DNA from: Tetramitus jugosus
Lineage: Eukaryota > Protista > Heterolobosea
Direction of reading: 5' to 3'
DNA: 64,000 bases
NCBI GenBank assembly: GCA_937625935.1
Contig: OW569344.1
Location: 635,784-699,783, forward strand
Of this stretch, positions 34,713 to 44,760 are shown piece after piece (positions within the stretch are counted from its first letter, which is position 1; every line of letters begins with the position of its first letter). The notes under the pieces are model-generated. The model had not been told where the DNA came from. It saw nothing but the letters and a program-made list of their open reading frames with translations, and searched no databases. Position numbers and translations under genes: made by a program.

Positions 34713-35267
34713 ATGCCGAAGAAAACTTCAACGACTCGACGGAGAACATCAACAGCGGCTGCGAGTAGCACTCCATCATCTCCACCAGTCTCATCAACGA
34801 CCACCACCACTAGTTCTCGATCGAGACGAAGAGGAACATCTTCTTCATTGAACAAGGAACAAGCAACAACTCCAACCAAGGTCACCTCTCCTGCTGCAGG
34901 ATTCTCTCCTTCCTCAACAACACCACCACCAAATTCTGGTAGTGGTGAGAATGAAGCTGTTGGTTCGAGTCAATGGGATAAAGACCCATTATTGGATATC
35001 TGCTTGCTGGAAACGATGGAAAAATTTCCTCCATTGTCCTATCACAGGGAATTTGCGATTGTGAATATTTGTGCTGAGATCAAGCAAATTCTTGGACAGA
35101 CAATCAGCCCAATAGATGTTGGAGATCGACTGGATGAGCTATATGCACTGTCAGATCTGGACAGAGACGGTGTTGACGTCTTAACCATGAAGAGTCAAAC
35201 AGAATTGGAGGAAGAGGAACTGGATGATGTTGACTTGGACTTTGCATTGCCAGACTCGATGATCTGA
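34713..35267 (+). CDS. EAF7: Eaf7/MRGBP-like chromatin modification (NuA4) subunit
   Basis: W...LLETMEKFPP..YHREFAIVNI...DVGDRLDELYALSDLD...DFALP resembles the CT20/Eaf7 family. Confidence 0.65.
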   Translation: MPKKTSTTRRRTSTAAASSTPSSPPVSSTTTTTSSRSRRRGTSSSLNKEQATTPTKVTSPAAGFSPSSTTPPPNSGSGENEAVGSSQWDKDPLLDICLLETMEKFPPLSYHREFAIVNICAEIKQILGQTISPIDVGDRLDELYALSDLDRDGVDVLTMKSQTELEEEELDDVDLDFALPDSMI

Positions 35268-35464
35268 AATGCGGAGAATAATTTGGTCCATTTTTTTGTT
35301 GAACCTCAGTCAACCAATTGTCGGAAAAACGGACCACGCATTCACACAGAAGGAAAAATCACACAAGACATCATTTTTTCATTCTCTCCAAAAAAAGTTG
35401 CTCCGTTGCATCAAACTGAATTTATTAGCATTCTTCAAATCTTCTTTATATTTTTTTTGAGACA

Positions 35465-38110
35465 ATGTTGAATGCACATAAACATAGACTCTTGGCCCAA
35501 CATAGACATGCAATCAGAGCCTTGATGAATAATTCTTCTTGTGAACATCGATCATTCTCATCACAGCAGAATGGTGATGGTAATAATGACTCTTCAAAGA
35601 ATGCAAATGGGCAACAACAGCGAACAAACAGACCTCAAAGAGGTGGATTTGCGAACAGAGGAGGCGCTCCTAGAGAACCATACAGACAGACCTCTGGAGA
35701 AAGACCAGCCTCTCGTCCAAGTGGAGAAAATGCTCCATCCAGAGGTGGTTTCCAATCGAACAGAGGCAGACCATACCCTCCTTCTGGTCAAAGATCGAGC
35801 CCTCAACAACCACAGCAACAACCACAACAGCAAAATAGATCACAATCATCTCCACAAAGAGGAGGATTTTTCGCACGAGGTGGACACAGAGGAGCACACA
35901 GAGGAGGAATTTCTCGTGGCGCACCAAGACAATTCGAATCTGATGCTGATGACGTTGAAAACAAAATGACAATGAAGGTTGAAGGTATCGCTGATACTGT
36001 TGATGAAGTCATTGCTGATTCGCTCTTGGATGAATCTGGACCAACAAAGAAGATTGATGCGAAGGTTTTGAAGAAGAAGGATTCTTTGAAGAAGGAACAA
36101 CTTTATTTGCAAAGATCAAGTAATCAACCGCCAAGGGCAGTGAAGACATCCACCCCGGCTCCCTCTAAGAGAAGAGTTGTTGCTGACACAAAGGAGCAAC
36201 AAACTACATCTGAAGAGGATGACGATGGTGAAGGTGGTCAAGAGGAAGTCGAGCCAGAAATTCAAATGCTTGAAAAATTCTCTGGATTCCTTCAGTCGAA
36301 TGTCGCTCCAACAACTCATTCATTGAACAATCTGTTCAAATTGAATAAGATTTTGGAAGACTCCCACGATGAACATTATGTCTCCACCATGAGTAATGCT
36401 ATTTCTCAACATGTCGCAAGTCATAATATTCTTCACCCATTGGATTTTGGCTCCATCCTGACAAACAATGCAACTGAGAAGGTGTTGATTAGTGCAAAGG
36501 ATTTGGTTAACAATCTCAGCCGAACAATTCAGGAAGCAAAGAGAGATGGTTTACTAGCACCTGAAATTGAGCAACTTTTCAGCGAATATGCCCCTGGTTT
36601 AATGTCTCCAGTTACTGAGAGTATCAAGACAAATGTCACTCTTGAAGAAGATGAGTCTGCTCCTCGCCCTGCTAAACAATCTGAGATGTCCATGATGAAC
36701 AATCAATCAATTTCACAAAATTTGGCTGCTCTATCCAATTTTGTTGATGGTGGCATTAGTCCAGTGTTCTTTGAGAAGTTTAAGGAGTTGAGATTGAAGC
36801 AATTGAAGGAAGAAGGAAAGTTAACTACAGAAATCATTGATGCATACGGTCAGCTTTTACCATTGAGAGATTTGTTGAATATCGTGAAGCAGGATATTAA
36901 ATATAGGCTTGGAAAGGATAGTAATATTGAAAACTTGATTCGAACTGTTGTCAATGAGCACTCCGTGCGAGGATTGGCTGCTGAGAACATGAAGAAACAA
37001 CTGCTGAGTGAATCAACCGGTGAAGAAGACAAACAAGGAAAAAATAGCTTCACTGTGAACAGCCCAGTTGTGAGCACAGCAAATACTGAAGTTTTGAGAA
37101 GAATGATTCCTGAGGTTCAACAAATGATCTCGGAACAAATTGTTAACGAAGAGTATGCAGTCCAATTGAATCATTTCATTACTGCAAGAAACAAGAAATC
37201 ACAAAAGGCTACAGATATCTATCGTGCAACCCATGATATTATTGAAGCCAAGAGAAAAGCTGCAAGAACTATTGGTGATGTCAAAGACGAAGGTGTAAGT
37301 CTATTTGAACTGCCTACGATGGTACGAGAGTTGGTTGACAAGGAAGATGCTGAACAAGAGCGATTGAAGTGGCTGAACCAAGGTGTTCCTGCTGACGGTA
37401 TTGACCGTGAGATTTTCTTGGCACAGGATACTTTTGATTCTCATGAAAAGCTTGAGGAGAACTTGTCCCTCCTTAATAACGCTACTACAAATCTCGTCAC
37501 AAAGAATCTACAATCAAAGGCACACCAAATCAGAGAAGAGGACAATGAATTGTCCTTCTTGAGTCATTCAGAAGGATTGGAGGAATTCGGAGGAAGTCTT
37601 CTTGATTCGCATGTTGTTGTTAGAAAGGAAAGATTCAGAAAGCGCTTGGAGGAGTACGAGGAGTATGTCGCCGGTCGTGAAGTTCAAATGCCATTCATAA
37701 AGGATGTTGAGTCCGTGTCAACTGTTGGTAAGGCAGGTAAATTCAGAATTGTTGCCCCAATAGAACGATACATGGATGAATACATTGACAGTGTACCACC
37801 AAGTTTGGCTAGAGAAAGATTGATCAACAACATCAGAGCTATTTCGACAAATCCTACCTTGACCATTAAGGAGAAGCAAGCTGTCATCCGTGGTCTGAGG
37901 GATACCTACATTAGCAACGGATTGCACTTGCAACAACTGACGCCTGAGAACATGCCAACCAAGATTTATGGTGGTAAGAGAACTCACATGCATCCTAACA
38001 GAGTCAACCCAAGAGATGCCGCCGCTCATCGTTATATGATGAACAAGGAAGCTCTTTTGGCAAAGTACAAGGATTTGACACAAAAGAAGCGACCTGAACA
38101 ACAAGAATAA
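35465..38110 (+). CDS. Unknown 881-aa protein, probably mitochondrial, with RGG-rich N-terminal region
   Basis: Long ORF with host-like codon usage, presequence-like N-terminus (MLNAHKHRLL...RSFSS) and several RGG motifs. Confidence 0.75.
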   Translation: MLNAHKHRLLAQHRHAIRALMNNSSCEHRSFSSQQNGDGNNDSSKNANGQQQRTNRPQRGGFANRGGAPREPYRQTSGERPASRPSGENAPSRGGFQSNRGRPYPPSGQRSSPQQPQQQPQQQNRSQSSPQRGGFFARGGHRGAHRGGISRGAPRQFESDADDVENKMTMKVEGIADTVDEVIADSLLDESGPTKKIDAKVLKKKDSLKKEQLYLQRSSNQPPRAVKTSTPAPSKRRVVADTKEQQTTSEEDDDGEGGQEEVEPEIQMLEKFSGFLQSNVAPTTHSLNNLFKLNKILEDSHDEHYVSTMSNAISQHVASHNILHPLDFGSILTNNATEKVLISAKDLVNNLSRTIQEAKRDGLLAPEIEQLFSEYAPGLMSPVTESIKTNVTLEEDESAPRPAKQSEMSMMNNQSISQNLAALSNFVDGGISPVFFEKFKELRLKQLKEEGKLTTEIIDAYGQLLPLRDLLNIVKQDIKYRLGKDSNIENLIRTVVNEHSVRGLAAENMKKQLLSESTGEEDKQGKNSFTVNSPVVSTANTEVLRRMIPEVQQMISEQIVNEEYAVQLNHFITARNKKSQKATDIYRATHDIIEAKRKAARTIGDVKDEGVSLFELPTMVRELVDKEDAEQERLKWLNQGVPADGIDREIFLAQDTFDSHEKLEENLSLLNNATTNLVTKNLQSKAHQIREEDNELSFLSHSEGLEEFGGSLLDSHVVVRKERFRKRLEEYEEYVAGREVQMPFIKDVESVSTVGKAGKFRIVAPIERYMDEYIDSVPPSLARERLINNIRAISTNPTLTIKEKQAVIRGLRDTYISNGLHLQQLTPENMPTKIYGGKRTHMHPNRVNPRDAAAHRYMMNKEALLAKYKDLTQKKRPEQQE

Positions 38111-38234
38111 GGGCCAATAAAAGCTTGTTGTCAAAATTTTTCTTCCGACAAGAGAAACTCCGCCATTATTTTTTCCGATCAAACAAAACATTTTTCACCT
38201 GCACAACACACATCATATTGGAGAGAGACTCAAA

Positions 38235-38881
38235 ATGTTGCGAGCACCCCGAACTGCATCATCCATTATTGCATTGAGAACAGCAATTACTCAAGTGCAT
38301 CAACCACTGATAATAACTCAAGCATCTTCCTTTCACAGAGTGACTGATTTTACACATGAACAGTTGACCAAGATTTTTGAAAAAAAGATGCATCCAGCAT
38401 TCAAACAACGTGAGTATCATATTTTATTTATTATTTTCCGCCCTATTGTTCGTCACACATTGCAGCATTGTCGATATCATACTTGAAATCCATTTGAGAT
38501 GATATATGATCATATCAGGATTTGTTTGTTGTGTCCATGAGAGCTGCGTTTGTGCCCACAAAAAGAATATCATGAGAGCTTTGTGTTGACACTTGGCGCC
38601 AATTTTTTTCTTGTTGATCAATAGCGGGAAAAGTTTTACCAATCAACATCAAGAAGGGTCTCCAGCATCCAACCATCATTCCAGACTCTGAGTTGCCAGA
38701 ATGGGTGTTTGAGGCAAGTAAGCCTGAGAGATCACTAGAGGATTTGGAAACTCAATTGGCCAAGAAGGGACTCAAGAGCTTAACTGCTTACGAACAAAAG
38801 AGAATCAGAAAGCTAAGGAGAAGAAACAGGATTAAGAACAATAATTATGAGAGAGAAATTGGACTCGTTTTGTCAAAGTAA
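38235..38881 (+). CDS. MRPL54: Mitochondrial ribosomal protein mL54; intron 38410-38624
   Basis: Splicing GTGAGT...ATAG gives ...PGKVLPINIKKGLQHPTIIPDSELPEWVF...RKLRRRNRIKNNN, the mL54 motif; mitochondrial presequence. Confidence 0.8.
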
Positions 38882-39195
38882 ATTTGTGTGTTGGTCTTTG
38901 TCATTTGCTCACAATTGTATTAATTTTACTGAAGTCGGTCAGATTATACCCTTGAGTAAAGGAATAGAAAGTGAAATGTCAGCTCGCATACTGCATATGG
39001 TTCAGTTGCTTCAAGAGGTTCTAGGTATTCGACTCAATTGGCAATGTTCCTGAACGTTTTCGGATCATCAGGACGATCGGCGAAGATTCAAACTCCGAGT
39101 ATTTGATCTTGAAATACAATCGCGGGTCACACAAAACAATCAAAGAATTCTCTGTGTGAGTTGTTGAACCATATCTCTTCTCTTTCTAATATCAC

Positions 39196-41511
39196 ATGTG
39201 TTTTTTCTTTGCACACAAACAAGCAGATATTGGAGCTGATGTTCCCACTATTGCTCTACCGATTGAAACGTGGGCTGAATCACCAAAGTGGGAGAAACGA
39301 AACAAGAAGAAACATTCAACTCGGACGAGTCGTTGTTTGCGGTTTTCCTGGAGCTTTGGCACTGCATTTCTTTTCACAATCTTAGCTGCTCTGATAGCAG
39401 TCGGTGTGTCAGTGTGGCTCTTCAACTACGCACTGTATCGTCATAATGTGAATTCTATGGCCAAAGAAGCGAGAAGACTTCTCTTGTCGAGGATCGAGTT
39501 CCATGTCAACAATTTTGTCTCTAGAGGTACTTCAATTATCGAAGTGCTGAATTCCGAGTTTCAATGGACAGATGGCATAGGCAAGAGTAATCTGAGCACA
39601 GAAAAACTCAACGAAAATCTCCCTTTCATCCTCATGTTTAGTCATCGAACGAATGACGAGTTTGGAGGTGTATGGTTCGGGACGGAGCAAGATGTTCTCA
39701 GGGGATGGGTTCTGAACGACACTGTTGTTCCTCCTACAAAATTTCAACTAGTGTCATCAAACGGTGAAGGATTGTTGAAGTGTTACTTGTTCAATGACAA
39801 ACTCGATAGAGCTCCAAGAGCGGCGTTCGAGCTCGAGAATTACTATCCAACAAGGAGGATTTGGTACTTGCGTCCCAAGACTGGTTTTCGGAGGCGATGG
39901 ACACCTGTTTTTGCAGTACTATCAGATCCCCACTTCCTATCAGTGTCTATCACTATGCCTTACTATAATGTGACAACAAACGAGTTTGTTGGCGTACTGG
40001 CCGTTCCGTTTGACCTAAGAACAATATCAAACTTCTTGAAGTCATTACAAACCGTGAAAGGGAGCCGGATTTTCATTGTTGAGAAGGGATTTGGTTTAGT
40101 GGCCGCGAGTCAAGGCCCGACCTCAAACACTACGATTCCTTCTTCGCCATCAACTTTAAGTGCTCTAAATAGCTCTGACCTACTAATCAGTGAAACAGCC
40201 AAGAAAATAACAGAAACATGGAGCGAAGAAGTAATATTCAATACAACCTACAAAGAGCTAAGATTTCGAGACTCCATGGGAGTGGCTCAAATCGCAACTG
40301 TGATTGGTATTCACGATGAAAATGATTTAAATTGGGCAATAGGTTTGGTTGTGTCGGAAAAGGTTATTATGAGAGCGGTCATTACTTCCAATAGAGTTTC
40401 AGCTATTGTGAGCGGAAGTTGTATTGCAGTTGCATTGATTGTTGCCTTACTATTGAGCACCATAATATCTTTGCCTCTAATCGAGATTTACAAAGAGTTG
40501 AATATTATTTCAAAGATGAAGTTTAAGGCTACTAGGACTTATCACTCCTTTAAGTTTAATGAGGTCGAGATCATGATTAATTCGATAGAGCAGTTAAAGA
40601 GGGGATTACAGTGTTTTGACGCATTCGTTCCTTCAGATGTTGTGAGAGTACTATTTCAGAATAATACGAGCGCTCGCTTAGGAGTTGTGAGAAAGAGAAT
40701 CACAATTATGTTTGTTGATATCACCTTTGAACAGACCAAGGAACTGTCGCCGACTTCATTTGTCGAGATTTTACAACAATTATCAATCTCACTGTCCCAG
40801 GTTGCTTCAGATCTTGGTGGAGTAGTCGACAAATACTTCAACGAATGTATAATGTTCCTATTCAATGCCCCATCTGATTTATTGTTCCACGAGTTACGGG
40901 CCGTTCAATCCTCGATGCAAATGATGAAGAAAATAGAAGAGTTAAACTCCCATTGGAAGTCATCAGAACTGCCCATTGTGTCTATTAGAGTAGGTATCAA
41001 TACTGACAATTGTTTGGTGGGGAATATAGGAAGTACGACACGTGTCAGCTACACTGCTTTGGGAGATGCAGTAAATGTTGCAAGCAGGCTTGTCTCTCTA
41101 AACACCCGATATGACACCCATACGATCATTGGGCCTAGTACGAAGGAAGCAACTGAAGAGATTTATGTTTGCAAGTGGCTGTCATGTTTATGTGTCAAGG
41201 GGAAGTGTGAACCCTGTATGTATCCCTTTTCTTTTCTTGTTACATTGAGTTTGCAATTTCTAATCCATCTGAGAGTAGTGAATGTATACGAGCTAGTTGC
41301 AGAAAGAACAAGAGCTACGGAGGATCAAAAGGATACAGAGGCTTTGTGTGAGAAAATTAAGAGATACATTGATGCTGAGGATTATCAAGCTGCTTTAACT
41401 CATGTACAGGAAATACTCGAGAAAAATCCGGAAGACAAGGCTGCTCTTGAGCTTCAACAGAGACTGACCAGTTCCAATTTCTGTCCCTTTCTCCAAATTC
41501 GAGACAAATAA
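39196..41511 (+). CDS. Membrane class III adenylate/guanylate cyclase with extracellular Cache-like sensor; likely in-frame intron 41216-41278; 5' end uncertain
   Basis: Two TM helices around YYPTRRIWY...WTPVF (Cache); ITIMFVDI, VVDKY, RVGINT, YTALGDAVNVASRL, VKGK. Confidence 0.87.
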   Translation: MCFFFAHKQADIGADVPTIALPIETWAESPKWEKRNKKKHSTRTSRCLRFSWSFGTAFLFTILAALIAVGVSVWLFNYALYRHNVNSMAKEARRLLLSRIEFHVNNFVSRGTSIIEVLNSEFQWTDGIGKSNLSTEKLNENLPFILMFSHRTNDEFGGVWFGTEQDVLRGWVLNDTVVPPTKFQLVSSNGEGLLKCYLFNDKLDRAPRAAFELENYYPTRRIWYLRPKTGFRRRWTPVFAVLSDPHFLSVSITMPYYNVTTNEFVGVLAVPFDLRTISNFLKSLQTVKGSRIFIVEKGFGLVAASQGPTSNTTIPSSPSTLSALNSSDLLISETAKKITETWSEEVIFNTTYKELRFRDSMGVAQIATVIGIHDENDLNWAIGLVVSEKVIMRAVITSNRVSAIVSGSCIAVALIVALLLSTIISLPLIEIYKELNIISKMKFKATRTYHSFKFNEVEIMINSIEQLKRGLQCFDAFVPSDVVRVLFQNNTSARLGVVRKRITIMFVDITFEQTKELSPTSFVEILQQLSISLSQVASDLGGVVDKYFNECIMFLFNAPSDLLFHELRAVQSSMQMMKKIEELNSHWKSSELPIVSIRVGINTDNCLVGNIGSTTRVSYTALGDAVNVASRLVSLNTRYDTHTIIGPSTKEATEEIYVCKWLSCLCVKGKCEPCMYPFSFLVTLSLQFLIHLRVVNVYELVAERTRATEDQKDTEALCEKIKRYIDAEDYQAALTHVQEILEKNPEDKAALELQQRLTSSNFCPFLQIRDK

Positions 41512-41609
41512 CTCTGATTGTTTTCCTGATATTCTGCTATCATGTACATCATACGAAACAAATAAGCTACACTTACGGTGTGGTGATAGTTAATTGTACA
41601 TTCGTTTAT

Positions 41610-42683
41610 TTAGTTGTCGATACTATAACCTTTTCCTAAGAAATACAAGTACTGATTGGTCTGAGTGCTTGTCCCAATGAAATTATGAGGGAAGATTACA
41701 TTTGGAGTGCTTTTGCTGACTTCATTCAATCTGTTGACCTGATCTGAAGTTAACTTGACATCAACCGCCCGCATCAGATCAGCAATTTGATCTGAATTTC
41801 TTGGTCCAACAATAGCAGATGGAACACCAGATACTTGAAGCATCCATGCTACAGCTACTTGTGCGGGAGAAACTCCCAACTCATCGGCCACTTTCAACAC
41901 CTCGTCCTGAATGACATAATCCTCCTCAGTCATTGAGACTTGTCTCTTTGAATCTGCAGAAACTTCGTTCCTCCTTTTACTTCCTGTTAGCTTACCTTGA
42001 CCGAGTACGCCCCATGGAACAACACCGAGATTCAACTTGCGTGACATTGGTAATATATCTTGTTCTAATGAACGGTCATTCAGAGCATATCTTGCCTGGA
42101 AGGCAACAAATGGAGACCATCCCTTCTCATCCGCAAAAGTGTTTGCGATGGAAACTTGCCATGCAGGAACGTCACTAATCGCCAAATGCAAGACCTTTCC
42201 ACTGTTGACTAGAATCTGTAAGTCTCTAATCAGATCTTTGATATCTAGAGTGAAATCCCAGAAATGAACATAGTACAGATCAATATAATCCAGTTGCAAT
42301 CTCTTCAAAGAAGCATCCAAAGCAGCAACAAAGTTCTTCTTGTGGTTGCCGGCTTGATTTGGATCAGTGCTCATTGGTCCAGTGTATTTCGTGGCAATCA
42401 CCAACTTTTCTCTTGGGATGTTATGCTTCTTGATCACACGACCGATAATCTCCTCAGATTGACCCAAGTGATAAAAGTTGGCCGTGTCAATAAAATTTCC
42501 TCCATGTTCAATGTACTTGAGAATGATCTTTTCGGATTCCTCTTCAGTGGCAGAGACGCCCATCTTTTCAGCAAATTCTGCTGTGCCAAAGTGCATGGCA
42601 CCGAGACAGATTGGATGTACACGGAGTCCAGATCTTCCTAAGATTCTGTAGGTTGGTATTCTTGATGATTGTTCAGATGACAT
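41610..42683 (-). CDS. Aldo-keto reductase; start MSSEQ at 42683
   Basis: LGRSGLRVHPICLGAM, GGNFIDTANFY, VIATKY, SLKRLQLDYIDLYYVHFWD. Confidence 0.93.
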   Translation of the reverse strand: MSSEQSSRIPTYRILGRSGLRVHPICLGAMHFGTAEFAEKMGVSATEEESEKIILKYIEHGGNFIDTANFYHLGQSEEIIGRVIKKHNIPREKLVIATKYTGPMSTDPNQAGNHKKNFVAALDASLKRLQLDYIDLYYVHFWDFTLDIKDLIRDLQILVNSGKVLHLAISDVPAWQVSIANTFADEKGWSPFVAFQARYALNDRSLEQDILPMSRKLNLGVVPWGVLGQGKLTGSKRRNEVSADSKRQVSMTEEDYVIQDEVLKVADELGVSPAQVAVAWMLQVSGVPSAIVGPRNSDQIADLMRAVDVKLTSDQVNRLNEVSKSTPNVIFPHNFIGTSTQTNQYLYFLGKGYSIDN

Positions 42684-42919
42684 GGTGGTGTGCTTGTTTC
42701 TTGGTTGTTTTAGCTCAAGTAACTTCCTTTTTGAAGCGATCGCCAAGTCGTAGATCTTCTGCGCACAAAGTGCGGTGTAATAAGCCGGAATGGCGATCTG
42801 CCGTTGGGTCCAGGGAGTTTTAATCACCAATCTACAGAGTTGTTGAATACACTTTAGTTTGAGCAAATAGTTGATATCAGTTTGACTCTTTATTCCTTTG
42901 CCATCACTAGATGATGCAT

Positions 42920-44608
42920 CTATACAGCTGTTAACAAGAGCGACATAACCACTAGAGTAACCAACCAAACTGCAGAACCAATTGGTGACAACCCAGAAGT
43001 TCCAGATGTATGGACAGGGGAAGTAGTTGGATTATGAGAAGTTACCGGATCATGAGAGGTGACTGGATCAGGAGAAGCAACTGGATCAGCAACACAAGAG
43101 GGCTTGAACTTTGTTAGAATGCTGGATGAAGGAGGGGTCGTGAAAGGATCGTTGTACTTCTTAGAATCAATGAATCTGATTGAGTCAATGTACAATGTCC
43201 TCATCTTAGATTGATCAATCAGTAAGATGGAGAATCCACTGATTGATTGAATGCCAGAGAAATTCATATCGGTCAATGGAACACGAACTCTGGACCAAGC
43301 TGTTGAATCGATCTTGTAGTTTGAAATATATTTCTGAGTGACGTCAATACTGCAGATTCGAGTGTAATTCATATCGACCCACTGGAAGTTGATCTTTGCT
43401 TCTCCATCAGCACTCTTGACAAAGAATTCAAAGTAATCATACTTTGAAGTATCAATCTCAGGACTTCCTCTGTAGTTTGGATCAGTAGGGTTGAGCTTTG
43501 CATGATTGATCGTGACTGCTCCTTTTTGGATTTCAAGTTTAAGAGAATGGGCTCCACACAATGGTTGCTCAATGCTCGAAAAATTGGCCACAGGTTTCAC
43601 TTCTCCCGCTGGCCACACAGTAGTATAAAATCCCCATGTTGGCCAACCAGGCAGATCAGATCTCTCGTTATAAATTTTGAAATAATCCGATTGATTGATT
43701 GCACAGGCTGTTTGAAGAGTTGGGATGATAGGTGGCAGATCACACGATGAACCTGAACACATGATGTGGCCCATTAACTCTCCATTCGGATTCTTCTTTG
43801 TTGAAACCTTCACATACAACTCGCCTTTGACCAGAGCTGTCCATTCACTATGTGATAGCTGTACAGAGGCACGAATAGGGCTATAGTAACTATTTTTCAA
43901 TTCAATAGTACGTTGTTGTACTTTTGGATCCCCTTGTAATAGCGTCACACCAGTTGCAATTTCAGATAGGTCATGGTGAATGTTGAACTGCAATTCTCTT
44001 CGATTGGGAAGAAGATAGAAGAAACCAACACCACTACCACTACTTTCAACTCTACCAGGCATTTGACATGCTTGAAGCATAGCTTGATAGGCATTTTCAT
44101 TGGTCTGTATCTGAGCAGGGATTGCGACCTTGTCAGAGCTGAGAGTGCAGTTGGTACATGATGCCTTGACAGTTAAACTGATACCATTGTAGGTGTAATC
44201 TACAAAACCCCAGCGCTCTGAGTAAAAAGCTTCGGTACTACGGAGATAGTTCTCAAACTTCAAATAGAGGTGCTCTCCAATCGTATCATAGTAGTAGGTA
44301 GCGTATTCCAAATCGCTAAGCTTGAACACTTGTTTCAATGAGGAAGGAGGTCCTTGCCATTTGGATGAGGTAACATTAAATGGAAGGGCACTTTGAGGGT
44401 ATGGAATAGCGAGAACAATCCAATCTCCGAGAGCTGTACTATCCATTTTGATCACTAAATTCTGAGGAGTTGGTGTATTACCTCTGTACCTAACTGTGTA
44501 ACCTGTTCTAGCTCTGATGTTACCCATTAATTGGAATTCGTCTGAGCCATGGTATCGTCCAAAGAGATCCGTTTTCTCATTCTGGGATCCTAGCTTAAGG
44601 ATGTAGTT
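42920..44608 (-). pseudogene. C-terminal half of the interrupted G8 surface protein: CHRD domain, carbohydrate-binding-like domain, GPI-type tail
   Basis: GDWIVLAIPYP (CEMIP/TMEM2-like), SGSGVG...GELYVKVSTKKNPNGELMGHI (CHRD), WSRVRVPL...LYIDSIRF, DPVTSH repeats and a hydrophobic C-terminus. Joins 48081-50324 in frame when the insertion is removed. Confidence 0.85.
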
Positions 44609-44760
44609 CGGTGAAATAAAACCCATAATAAAAAAATTATGATTTCCCGAGAAGACACCTTAACGCTCCTACATAATCTGGACTTACATAGCAGCTTGAT
44701 GGAGTGAGCCTTGGAGGTGTTCCACCATTTTGATTAATTCTTTTGCGACCTTTTTCTTCC
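44589..44760 (-). ncRNA. Predicted Fanzor omega-RNA (scaffold overlapping the ORF 3' end, guide from flanking DNA); 5' boundary approximate
   Basis: Stems ACACCT/AGGTGT (44655-44660, 44715-44720) and CATAAT/ATTATG (44624-44641) just inside the element end, the position expected for TnpB/Fanzor omega-RNAs. Confidence 0.55.
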
